NCBI GenBank assembly: GCA_023819145.1
Contig: JAMWCW010000001.1
Span: 2,400 to 66,399 of the forward strand
Length of the DNA: 64,000 nucleotides
Source: Candidatus Omnitrophota bacterium
GTDB taxonomy: Bacteria > Omnitrophota > Gorgyraeia > DTHP01
Direction of reading: 5' to 3'
Below are positions 1 through 8,179 of this stretch, piece by piece. How positions within the stretch are numbered: position 1 is the first letter of the stretch; each line of letters opens with the position of its first letter. A program made the position numbers and the translations under genes. The notes under the pieces were generated by a model, which worked only from the letters and a program-made list of their open reading frames with translations, had not been told where the DNA came from and searched no databases.

Positions 1-63
1 ATCAAGGCTTTTTAGAGGAAATTACTCCGGAAGATTCTTGTAGCCAACATAGATGTCATTAAC

Positions 64-774
64 GTGCAGATAAAAGCAATAGCTTTAGGTTCAACAAGAT
101 GGCAGCGGTTCATTCGCAGATGGGGTGTTTCGTTTTTAATTGATGAAGATATCCTCTTTGATACATTAGGCAAGCCAAAAGTATCCTTAAACAATCTAAA
201 GAAGTTTAAAGTAAATCTTCCCAACATTAAACACATCATTATTTCCCACGATGATTGGGACCACATTTCAGGGTTGTGGTATCTGCTACCGAACCAAAAA
301 GATGTTACAGTTTATATTTGTTTCGGTTTTAAACAAGAAATAAAACAGAGAATCATTTCTTTTGGGGTAAAACTTATTGAAGTAAAAGATATGCTCCAGA
401 TTAAGGAAAAGGTTTATTCTACAGGTGAACTATATGCTGAGTCAGAAGGTAGAAAAATATACGAACAATCCCTTGTGATAGACACAGGTAAGGGGTTAGG
501 GCTGATATGCGGATGTGCGCACATGGGAATAGTAAATATAGTCAAATATGTCAGGAAACATTTTCAAAAAAATATTTACTGGCTTATCGGAGGTTTTCAT
601 TTAAAAAATAATACAGATGAAGAAAATAGCATTGTTATAAAACAGTTAAAAGAACTAGGCGTTTCTAAAATCGTTCCTACACACTGTACAGGAAAAAGAG
701 CAATTAGACAGATGTGCAAAATATTTGACTCTGATGTTATTCAAATAAAAGAAGGAGATATTATAGAATTGTGA
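64..774 (+). CDS. MBL-fold metallo-hydrolase (metallo-beta-lactamase superfamily)
   Basis: Begins with GTG. N-terminal '...FLIDEDILFDTLGK' followed by the metal-binding motif 'ISHDDWDH' (HxHxDH), characteristic of the MBL fold. A stop at 13-15 in the same frame shows the ORF does not continue from upstream. Confidence 0.6.
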   Translation: MQIKAIALGSTRWQRFIRRWGVSFLIDEDILFDTLGKPKVSLNNLKKFKVNLPNIKHIIISHDDWDHISGLWYLLPNQKDVTVYICFGFKQEIKQRIISFGVKLIEVKDMLQIKEKVYSTGELYAESEGRKIYEQSLVIDTGKGLGLICGCAHMGIVNIVKYVRKHFQKNIYWLIGGFHLKNNTDEENSIVIKQLKELGVSKIVPTHCTGKRAIRQMCKIFDSDVIQIKEGDIIEL

Positions 775-1113
775 AGATTAAAAATAAGTATAAAAGAATA
801 AAAAAATTTTTCTATTATGACAATCTTTGGAGGTCCATCTCAAAATTGTTGGAGTTATAGATGATTTTTATTCCTCATAAGAAGCCGTCTCTTCAATTTA
901 AGATAAGAAAGTTTTTTAATCAAACCCACAAAAATGACGAATTAAGTGAAATTGACGAACTTAACCTATTTAATTACTATAGACAACCTACCAAGTTAAG
1001 AGATATAATTACACCAATATTTACAGGATTAACCAGCCATAAGAAGTTAAAATTTATCTAAAGTGTACCCAACGGCGATAAATCCTGTTTTTACACTTAA
1101 TTATTAAGTTACG

Positions 1114-2281
1114 ATGAAAATAAAAGTAAAGCCAGAAGATTTTATTGTAGATGAGGAAGCAAAAATTGAATTTAAGAGAAACGGCAAGTTTAAAGTTTAT
1201 CTTTTGACTAAGAAAGGATTTAACACTATTGATGTGTTTATTAATTTGTCAAAAAAATTTAATATTCCCTTTAAGAAATTCGCCTACGGCGGAAGAAAGG
1301 ATAGATATGGGTTGACTACGCAGTACATTACTGTCGAAGGCATTAGATTAAAAGATGTAATAGAGAAATCATTTAAATTAAGTTATCTTGGAGACACAGA
1401 TAGGCCGATGGGGCCGGATTTAATTCTGGCAAATGAATTTAAAATAACCATACGTGACCTGCAAGAAGAAGAAATAGAGCATGCTCTACGACAATTAGAA
1501 TTTGTCAAAGAATACGGCTATCCTAATTACTTTGATGACCAGAGATTTGGTAATTATTCTCGGCAACAGGGTTTTTTTGCGGAGAGATTAGTAAAAGGCG
1601 AATTTAACGGGTCTTTAAAAGTTTATCTTACCGCTGTTCATCCCCAAGACAAAAAAGCAGAGAAATGGCGAAAGCAACTATTCTTCAATAACTGGAGGGA
1701 TTGGCATAAATGTTTGAATCTAGCAAAGACGAGTTTTGAGAAAGAAGTTTTTTTCGTTCTTTTGAAAGGGGGAAATAAATCTTTCTTAAGTGCTCTAAAT
1801 CTAATTCCTAAGGATGAATTGAGTATACTCATATCTTCTTATCAGGCTTATCTCTGGAATCAGTTGGTAGAAAGAGTGGTTAGGTTTTATAACAAGGATT
1901 TATTAGAATGCCGGGGAAATTACTGGAGTTATTTTTTTACAACTCTAATGAGAAATTTGACCATCTAAAGAATCTCGTTATTCCTCTGGCTTCACAAAAG
2001 TCAGAGATGCCCGATATCTTAACCGATAGGATATACAAAGAAATTCAATTCTTAAAGAGCGTGGATTAAAACCCGCCTCTTTCAATTTGAGAAAATTCAG
2101 AAAAGTGTATTTTAAACCTACAAAAAGAGAAAGCGTGGTTATCCCCCAGATAAAAAATGTTCTTGTTTCCAGTGATGAAATCTATGAAGGGAGAAAAACT
2201 TTATATCTTCATTTCAGACTACCGCGGGGAAGTTATGGTACAATGCTAATTAAACGTCTAATGGCCAAGGAGTGTCTATGA
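1114..2281 (+). pseudogene. truD: tRNA pseudouridine synthase TruD (Pus7 family), interrupted: fragments 1114-1968 and 2087-2281
   Basis: Fragment 1 carries TruD hallmarks: N-terminal 'KPEDFIVDE', 'GGRKDRYGLTTQYITVEG' and 'YPNYFDDQRFG'. Fragment 2 ('...LHFRLPRGSYGTMLIKRLM') resembles the TruD C-terminus. The two pieces are separated by ~118 nt containing stop codon(s), and by the ORF track's coordinates they are in different frames. Confidence 0.55.
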
Positions 2282-3393
2282 GATATAAAGCCATTACCTT
2301 ATTGGGCATTATTCTCATCTTCGTTTTGGCTCTTGTTCATTTACCATCTCTCCTTACTTATTTAGTAAAAAGAGAGATTCAGCGCAATTTTAAGGGTAGC
2401 GAGGTCAATTTAGAAAAATGTATCCTGAAGCCAAAAGAATTTCGTTTGGTTAATTTTGAGATTAAACAAGGAGATATTTTTAGTTTTAAGACAGAAGAGT
2501 TAAATATAGAATTTACCCCTCTTTCTCTTTTACAGAGAGAAATTAAAAAATGTGTTGCTAAAAAGGGGTTCTTTTTTCTAAATTTTGAGAGCTTCGGGAA
2601 GGGTTTTTCTGGGGGAGCACTTCCTTTTAAGATAAAAGCGTTAGAATTTAAGGATATAAATCTTAGTTTAAAAGCAAAAGATTTTGATTTAAAAGCTTAC
2701 TTATTTTATGCGGAATTAAATCCGAATGAAGAATTAGTCAATTTTCTTAATTTAGGGGTTAATTATTTTTCTTTCCATGGTCTTGAGTTGAAAGACGCTT
2801 TATTAAAGATAAACCGTGGAGCGCAAGGAAGTTTAGAGATTAAATTCATTTCTTATGGCAATTTAAAGGTAGAGGACGTTAGAGGGGTTATTCAGTATCA
2901 TCATAAAGATAAGTTAGCGCTAAAACCTTTATCAGCAAGGTTCTTAAAGGGCTATATCGACGGCGAAATAAATTTAGAACTGGGTCGTGAGTTAAAATAC
3001 AATAGCAATCTGCTTTTTTATCAGCTTGATATGAAAGGGATTGAAGAGGCGTTTAAACTGGATAATAAACTACAGTTAAGTGGATTGCTGGGAGGCAGGT
3101 TTGTTATAGAAGGCAGGGGTTATAATTTAGAGGTTATAAAAGGAGAATTTTCTTCTCTTGGGCATGGAGGGACTTTGATTATTAAGGACAAAAATTTGGT
3201 AAGAAATTTGGCGGAGAAATCAGGACAATCTTTTGATATAATATGGGAGAGTTTTAAGGATTACCATTTTGACGAGGGAGACATAAAGATATTTTCGGAG
3301 AATCGTGATTTAATTCTAAAGATTATTTTGGAAGGAAAGCGAGGGAAACGCGGTTTAGAAATAAGATTACATGAATTTGAATGGAGGAGGTGA
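2272..3393 (+). CDS. membrane-anchored protein, possibly YdbH-like (AsmA-family) short form
   Basis: GTG start overlapping the truD end. One N-terminal TM helix ('AITLLGIILIFVLALVHLP') then a ~340-aa soluble domain. It sits immediately upstream of a YnbE/YdbL-like lipoprotein gene, mirroring the E. coli ydbH-ynbE-ydbL order. No direct motif match recognised; the assignment rests on synteny. Confidence 0.3.
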   Translation: MSMRYKAITLLGIILIFVLALVHLPSLLTYLVKREIQRNFKGSEVNLEKCILKPKEFRLVNFEIKQGDIFSFKTEELNIEFTPLSLLQREIKKCVAKKGFFFLNFESFGKGFSGGALPFKIKALEFKDINLSLKAKDFDLKAYLFYAELNPNEELVNFLNLGVNYFSFHGLELKDALLKINRGAQGSLEIKFISYGNLKVEDVRGVIQYHHKDKLALKPLSARFLKGYIDGEINLELGRELKYNSNLLFYQLDMKGIEEAFKLDNKLQLSGLLGGRFVIEGRGYNLEVIKGEFSSLGHGGTLIIKDKNLVRNLAEKSGQSFDIIWESFKDYHFDEGDIKIFSENRDLILKIILEGKRGKRGLEIRLHEFEWRR

Positions 3394-3397
3394 TTAT

Positions 3398-3976
3398 ATG
3401 AAAAAGATGTTTTTGTTTCTATGCGTTATTTTTATCTTTGGCTGTGCCAGCGTTGCCGTAAAAGCACCGAAGGAGCCAATCAAAATAGATATTACCATGC
3501 GTCTGGACATATATCAACATGTACAGAAGGATATCAATATGATTGAGGATATGATTTCTGGAGGGAGCAGCAAGACTGATAAAATTAAAAATGAGACGAA
3601 ATCAAGCTTTTTCTTGGGAGTTGCTTTTGCCGAAGAGGAGTTCTTGACCCCTGAGGTAGCGGAGGCGGTTTCCCGAAGGCGTAGCAGGACAGAACAGTTG
3701 AATATCTTGAAGAGAGAAGGCATAATTGGTGAGAATCGTTTAGGGTTGTTGGATATAAGGGAGACAGGAAAAGCCGATAATAATTTAGGCAATTTAATCA
3801 AGGAAGAAAATAATGACCGGATGATTATCTATAAAGCGATTGCCAATAAAAACAATATTTCTATAGAAGAAGTGCAAAAATTGTATAGTGGGCGTCTGCA
3901 AAAAGATTCTCCTTCGGGCACACCCATTGAAATTTTTAATGCCTCAAAAGGTAGTTATGAATGGAGCATTAAGTAA
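3398..3976 (+). CDS. lipoprotein: YnbE-like N-terminal segment fused to a YdbL (DUF1318)-like domain
   Basis: Strong RBS (GGAGGAGGTGA) then ATG at 3398. Lipobox 'FIFGC|ASV'. 'KAPKEPIKIDITMRLDIY' resembles the E. coli YnbE core ('AAPKEPITINMNVKIEHEI', recalled from memory). 'LNILKREGIIGENRLGLL' matches the conserved YdbL/DUF1318 '...GxIGExxxGLL' motif as I recall it. Confidence 0.55.
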   Translation: MKKMFLFLCVIFIFGCASVAVKAPKEPIKIDITMRLDIYQHVQKDINMIEDMISGGSSKTDKIKNETKSSFFLGVAFAEEEFLTPEVAEAVSRRRSRTEQLNILKREGIIGENRLGLLDIRETGKADNNLGNLIKEENNDRMIIYKAIANKNNISIEEVQKLYSGRLQKDSPSGTPIEIFNASKGSYEWSIK

Positions 3977-3977
3977 T

Positions 3978-4006
3978 TTGCATTTTTCAGAATTTTAGGA
4001 TAAAAT
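3978..4006 (+). promoter_or_regulatory. sigma70-like promoter for tRNA-Leu (TTGCAT, 17 nt, TAAAAT)
   Basis: -35 TTGCAT (3978-3983), 17-nt spacer, -10 TAAAAT (4001-4006), 12 nt upstream of the tRNA 5' end. Confidence 0.4.
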
Positions 4007-4018
4007 AATTTTTCCTTT

Positions 4019-4101
4019 GCGAGGGTGGTGGAACTGGCATACACACAGGCCTAAGGAGCCTGGCTCTTTGGAGCGTGAGGGTTCAAATCCCTCCCCTCGC
4101 A
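4019..4101 (+). tRNA. tRNA-Leu (class II, long variable arm); anticodon read as AAG; no encoded CCA
   Basis: Acceptor GCGAGGG/CCCTCGC plus discriminator A. 3-bp D-stem (GTG/CAC). Anticodon stem CAGGC/GCCTG with loop CTAAGGA. Variable arm GCTC-TTTG-GAGC. T-arm GAGGG-TTCAAAT-CCCTC. Overall close to the E. coli tRNA-Leu architecture. Confidence 0.7.
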
Positions 4102-4142
4102 TTCGTTATTTGAGTTTCGAATTTTGAATAAAAGGAGTAGAA

Positions 4143-4238
4143 ATGGGGAAAGTTTTATTAGTGGTTTTGATTGTGGTCGTGTTTACGCTTCTTTCTAAAC
4201 GCTGTGTTTGTGGCAAGAAAAAGGAAGAGAAGAAGTAA
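4143..4238 (+). CDS. small hydrophobic peptide (31 aa, MGKVLLVVLIVVVFTLLSKRCVCGKKKEEKK)
   Basis: RBS AAAAGGAG 7 nt upstream of ATG. One predicted TM helix followed by a Lys/Glu-rich tail. Below the ORF-track size cut-off. Lies between tRNA-Leu and the convergent response-regulator gene. Confidence 0.35.
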   Translation: MGKVLLVVLIVVVFTLLSKRCVCGKKKEEKK

Positions 4239-4244
4239 TTTCAG

Positions 4245-5177
4245 TTATGTTCCTCTTCTTTCCTTTACATAGTTTGACCCTTCCAGAGATTTGGCATATT
4301 CTTTTAATTCTGCACCGATCTGGGCAATTTCTGCCACATGGGAGAGTTTGCGTTTTTCATTGGTTACTACCGCAATGGAAATCGTCATAAGGGGAGTTTG
4401 CAGAGGATTACCTTTTCTGTCTTTTCCTAAAATGTATCCCTTTGAGCGGTCTTCCTCATCATATAGTTCAGGGACCATCTTATCAAATTCCTTGATGATG
4501 TAAGGGCAAAGGGTATCAACTTTATCGGGAGTAGTAATGATTATAAAGTCATCTCCTCCAATATGCCCGATGAAATCTTCTTTATTTCCTCTGGCTTCTG
4601 TTCCTTTAATTAAGACTCTTGCAGTCTCCTGAATTGCCCTGTCTCCACGTTCAAAACCATAGCGGTCATTGAATACTTTGAATTTATCAAGGTCTATATA
4701 GCAAACCGCAAAATTTTTATTCTCTCTGATGCGATTTTCAAGCTCATTTTGTATTGAGACATTCCCCGGTAGATGAGTCAGAGGATTGGCATCTAAATCT
4801 ATCTCTGTCCTGCGCATAACCATCTTTACACGGGCTACCAATTCCATAGGTTCAAAGGGTTTGACAATATAATCATCCGCTCCTGAATCTATTCCTTTTA
4901 TTTTATCGGCTGTTTCTCCTCGTCCGGTAAGCATAATGATAGGGATATGTCTTAAGAGGATATCTTTTTTTATGGCACGGCAGACTTCCGGTCCGTTAAG
5001 TTTAGGCATCATGAAATCAATGATGATTAAATCCGGAGGTCTTTTCGATACCTTATCCAAACCCTCTTCGCCGTCACCTGCTTCGGTAACTTCATAACCT
5101 TCTGCTTCCAGCACTATTCTCAATACATCCCTGATATCTGGTTCGTCGTCAACAATAAGAATTCTTTTTTTAGCCAT
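4245..5177 (-). CDS. response regulator: REC receiver + GGDEF-like domain (GGDDF variant)
   Basis: 'RILIVDDEPDIRDVL...DLIIIDFMMPKLNG...KPF' is a receiver domain. C-terminal 'DLDKFKVFNDRYGFERGDRAI...IGHIGGDDFIIIT' is a GGDEF-type fold whose signature reads GGDDF. Confidence 0.75.
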   Translation of the reverse strand: MAKKRILIVDDEPDIRDVLRIVLEAEGYEVTEAGDGEEGLDKVSKRPPDLIIIDFMMPKLNGPEVCRAIKKDILLRHIPIIMLTGRGETADKIKGIDSGADDYIVKPFEPMELVARVKMVMRRTEIDLDANPLTHLPGNVSIQNELENRIRENKNFAVCYIDLDKFKVFNDRYGFERGDRAIQETARVLIKGTEARGNKEDFIGHIGGDDFIIITTPDKVDTLCPYIIKEFDKMVPELYDEEDRSKGYILGKDRKGNPLQTPLMTISIAVVTNEKRKLSHVAEIAQIGAELKEYAKSLEGSNYVKERRGT

Positions 5178-5179
5178 GT

Positions 5180-6763
5180 TTATTTAACCAAATTTGGTCT
5201 TTGTTTTTCGGGTATAGTAAAACTGAAGGTGGTTCCTTTTCCTAAAGTGGAATCTGCCCATATTTTTCCTTTATGCGCCTCAATGATTTTTTTACAAAGT
5301 GAAAGTCCCAATCCTGTTCCTTTCTTCTCCCGATTTATGGGATTATCTGCACGGAAGAATTCCGTAAACAGTTTTGGAAGGTCCTCAGGAGAGATTCCAA
5401 TTCCCGTATCGGAAATATCCGTTCTTATAAAGCCGTCTTCTCGCTTTATATTTATATATATCTTACCTTTAAGAGGCGTAAACTTTATTGCATTGCCCAG
5501 AATATTTATAAATACTCTTCTTAGATGGTCATAATCGGCGAAGATAGTATTGATGTTATCCTGAACTTCTAACTTTAATTCAATGTTTTTCTCTTCGATT
5601 TGAGGATTAATTAGTTCCAAAACATTGTTCAAAAGTTCTTTTAAGGGAATTTCTTTAATGTCCATCCCCACTTTACCTGCTTCAATGCGGGATATATCCA
5701 ATAGGTCATTGATTAACTTTGCCAGTTCCGAAGATTGTCGGTCAATTCTTTCCAGGCGTTCCTTCTGGACGGGAGCAATTTCACCTAACTTTCCTGTAGC
5801 AAGTATCGAGGCGTATCCTTTGATAGAGGTAAGGGGTGTGCGCAATTCATGGGCGACTGCTGCTACAAACTCCGATTTTATTTGGTTAAGTTTTTTTAGT
5901 TCCTCGTTTGCTTTTGCCAGTTCTTTTGTCCTTTCTTTTACCCGTACTTCCAATTCCTGATAAGAATGCCAGAGTTGTTCATAGAGGCGGGAGTTTTCTA
6001 TACCCTGTGCAATCTGGTTTGCTAAGATAGAGATAAGTTCTACATCTCCTTCTGTTACTCGGGAATAAAGCGATTCATTGCCCATGACTACTATACCGAT
6101 TACAATTTCTTTTAGATATATGGGCACAATGATTAAGGAACGAATTTTTAAGAGTTCTATCAATTCTTTTTCTTCAGAATTGGCAAGTTCCGGTCTTTCT
6201 ACGAGAATAGATTTACCTTCTCGGATAATATTTTTGAATTGGGAATGGTCTTCTATCTTTTTCTTAAATTGGGAAATGTCTTCTTCCACAAAGCCTATCC
6301 AATGTCTGCATTTTAACTTCTTTGTTTCTTCGTCTAATGTAATGATGAGGAATTTCTCAAAACCGAGTTTATGAATGAAATTTTCTTTAATAGAATTAAA
6401 AACCTCCTCTATATCAAAGGTCATATTTATGCTTCTTCCCAGCTCATGTAGCGTGTAGAGTCCGTTTATTTTCTTATCCAGTTCCTGTTGTATCTTGTTT
6501 AGCTGTAGGTCTGTTCTTACGATCAGTTTTGCCTGTTCATCCAATTCGTTATATGCCTGGCGCAACTTCTCAAAAGCGACTTCACTTACTTTTCTTTTTC
6601 TTTCCTCCGCTTCAATCATCCATAAGGCGGTAAGGAAAAATGCTACAAGGATTAAGATACGCATTATCTCTCCGGCATAGGGGCCAAAGATTTGATTGAG
6701 GAAAATACTGGCGATGATGCTGAGTACTGCGGTGATAAACAAAATGCTTGTCTTTACACCCAT
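5180..6763 (-). CDS. sensor histidine kinase (two N-terminal TM helices, HisKA + HATPase_c)
   Basis: H-box 'AAVAHELRTPLTSIKGY'. ATP-binding region 'DTGIGISPEDLPKLFTEFFR...GTGLGLSLCKKIIEAHKGKIWADS...GTTFSFTIP'. N-terminal hydrophobic helices. Confidence 0.8.
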   Translation of the reverse strand: MGVKTSILFITAVLSIIASIFLNQIFGPYAGEIMRILILVAFFLTALWMIEAEERKRKVSEVAFEKLRQAYNELDEQAKLIVRTDLQLNKIQQELDKKINGLYTLHELGRSINMTFDIEEVFNSIKENFIHKLGFEKFLIITLDEETKKLKCRHWIGFVEEDISQFKKKIEDHSQFKNIIREGKSILVERPELANSEEKELIELLKIRSLIIVPIYLKEIVIGIVVMGNESLYSRVTEGDVELISILANQIAQGIENSRLYEQLWHSYQELEVRVKERTKELAKANEELKKLNQIKSEFVAAVAHELRTPLTSIKGYASILATGKLGEIAPVQKERLERIDRQSSELAKLINDLLDISRIEAGKVGMDIKEIPLKELLNNVLELINPQIEEKNIELKLEVQDNINTIFADYDHLRRVFINILGNAIKFTPLKGKIYINIKREDGFIRTDISDTGIGISPEDLPKLFTEFFRADNPINREKKGTGLGLSLCKKIIEAHKGKIWADSTLGKGTTFSFTIPEKQRPNLVK

Positions 6764-7969
6764 TTATTCTCCTATGGCTAAAACAGTAAAGGAAGCGTTT
6801 TGAAAATAAGTCTGTCCGATATTTATCTCCGAAGTAAGAGGAGCCTGTTCACCGTATGTATAGAATCCGGCAAGCGGGGTATTTTTGCCAAAAACTTCTC
6901 CCACTACTTCTATCTCATTATACTTATATCTCCCTAAGAGTTTTTCACGGGATATGGAACTGAAGGCAATTACTATTTTAGGTTTAGCACCATGGAGGTT
7001 TTTAAGGGAAGTGAGCGCAGCGTGAGAAGCAGCCTCAAGGACTGAATCCTTATTCCCAATCATCAAACGAATTTCCTCTCCCTGAGGAACTTCCGCTCCA
7101 CAGACAAGGGCACCTTCTTCGGTAACCGTGTAGGGATTCCTTAATAAATACTCTTCCTCTCCGGCTATAGCCATACCCAAAGGATAGAGAATAGCTAAGC
7201 TCGCGAGCGGTTCGGTTTTTAATTCCATAACCTCTGTGCCGAAATATTCCTCATATATTTTTACTGCGGGTTGATTATCTATTTCATAGATGATATTAGC
7301 TATTGCTTTTGTTACCTTGTGGGGTTTTCCTAATGGCTTCCAACCATGGCGGGAACCTATGCCAAAACTTAAATCTCCCCCCATCAGTACCCCTACAACG
7401 CTTTCCGAGAGCACCAAACGGTGGCAATATTGATAGGTTTTTCTAAAAAGGAAGTCATCTCCCGAAGACCCGCCGACAATGGGAAAACTTCTTCCCAAGA
7501 TTTCTTGGATTCCTTTTAAAACATCTGCACAATTTCCTGTTAAGCCATCGGGAAAAATCACAAATAGCTTTCTTCTCAGTTCTCCTTGGGCACCGCTTTC
7601 AAGAAATTTACGATTGGCGCTTAAAGCAGACTTACGCCCAGCATCATGCGAGTTTCGGTTTATTCCTTCTCCCCAACCGAGAGCGAACTGGAGTTCATCA
7701 GATTTTAGCAGCACCACCGTTACCGAATGTCTTGCTACTCCCAAAGAGGTAAACTCTCCCGCCGTGCTTGAACCAACCAGAGGAGTTTCTTCTAAAATTG
7801 ATTTTATTCCCTCTATAGTTTTTTCCTGCTCATGCACTGCAGAGATAAAGGCAAAAGCCAAATGAGGATAATCTTCTTTTAAGTCTCTTAAAGCAATTTT
7901 TGCTGCTTCTTTACCTGCAGAAAAACCTGCGGGATTTTTACTTTGTCCTATGCCTACTTTTAAAGCCAT
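6764..7969 (-). CDS. FIST-domain sensory protein (FIST_N/FIST_C)
   Basis: N-terminus 'MALKVGIGQSKNPAGFSAGKEAAKIALRDL...AFAFISAVHE' and overall ~400-aa size and composition fit the FIST N/C architecture. Translationally coupled to the kinase: its stop abuts the start at 6763/6764. Confidence 0.55.
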   Translation of the reverse strand: MALKVGIGQSKNPAGFSAGKEAAKIALRDLKEDYPHLAFAFISAVHEQEKTIEGIKSILEETPLVGSSTAGEFTSLGVARHSVTVVLLKSDELQFALGWGEGINRNSHDAGRKSALSANRKFLESGAQGELRRKLFVIFPDGLTGNCADVLKGIQEILGRSFPIVGGSSGDDFLFRKTYQYCHRLVLSESVVGVLMGGDLSFGIGSRHGWKPLGKPHKVTKAIANIIYEIDNQPAVKIYEEYFGTEVMELKTEPLASLAILYPLGMAIAGEEEYLLRNPYTVTEEGALVCGAEVPQGEEIRLMIGNKDSVLEAASHAALTSLKNLHGAKPKIVIAFSSISREKLLGRYKYNEIEVVGEVFGKNTPLAGFYTYGEQAPLTSEINIGQTYFQNASFTVLAIGE

Positions 7970-8016
7970 AATTTACTAAATCATAGAATAATCGTTTGCA
8001 TATGTCAATAAATTTC

Positions 8017-8045
8017 TTGACATTAATACCTTAGCCTAATAAAAT
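8017..8045 (+). promoter_or_regulatory. sigma70-like promoter for tRNA-Glu (TTGACA, 17 nt, TAAAAT)
   Basis: -35 TTGACA 8017-8022, 17-nt spacer, -10 TAAAAT 8040-8045, ~45 nt upstream of the tRNA. Same -10 hexamer as the tRNA-Leu promoter. Confidence 0.35.
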
Positions 8046-8091
8046 AAAATACCTAATTTTACATTTTGATTTTCACACTTTTGGACTTTTT

Positions 8092-8166
8092 GGCCCCATC
8101 GTCTAGCCCGGTCTAGGACGGGAGATTCTCAGTCTTCAAACACCGGTTCAAATCCGGTTGGGGCTA
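8092..8166 (+). tRNA. tRNA-Glu, anticodon CUC
   Basis: Acceptor GGCCCCA/TGGGGCT (G1.U72) plus A73. 'TCGTCTAG' D-arm typical of tRNA-Glu. Anticodon stem GGAGA/TCTTC with loop TTCTCAG. 4-nt variable loop. T-arm ACCGG-TTCAAAT-CCGGT. Confidence 0.7.
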
Positions 8167-8179
8167 TTAGGAGGAACAA

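Noticed and set aside
12-266. Minus-strand 84-aa ORF overlapping the MBL-hydrolase gene; similar antisense ORFs at 1638-1832, 3514-3801, 5229-6680 (several), 7479-7865
   Set aside because: Each is antisense to a well-supported gene carrying recognisable domains, and they lack motifs. Treated as spurious.
861-1061. 66-aa + strand ORF between the MBL gene and truD
   Set aside because: It has a weak possible RBS, but no recognisable motif, a low-complexity basic sequence, and I cannot assess conservation. Left uncalled.
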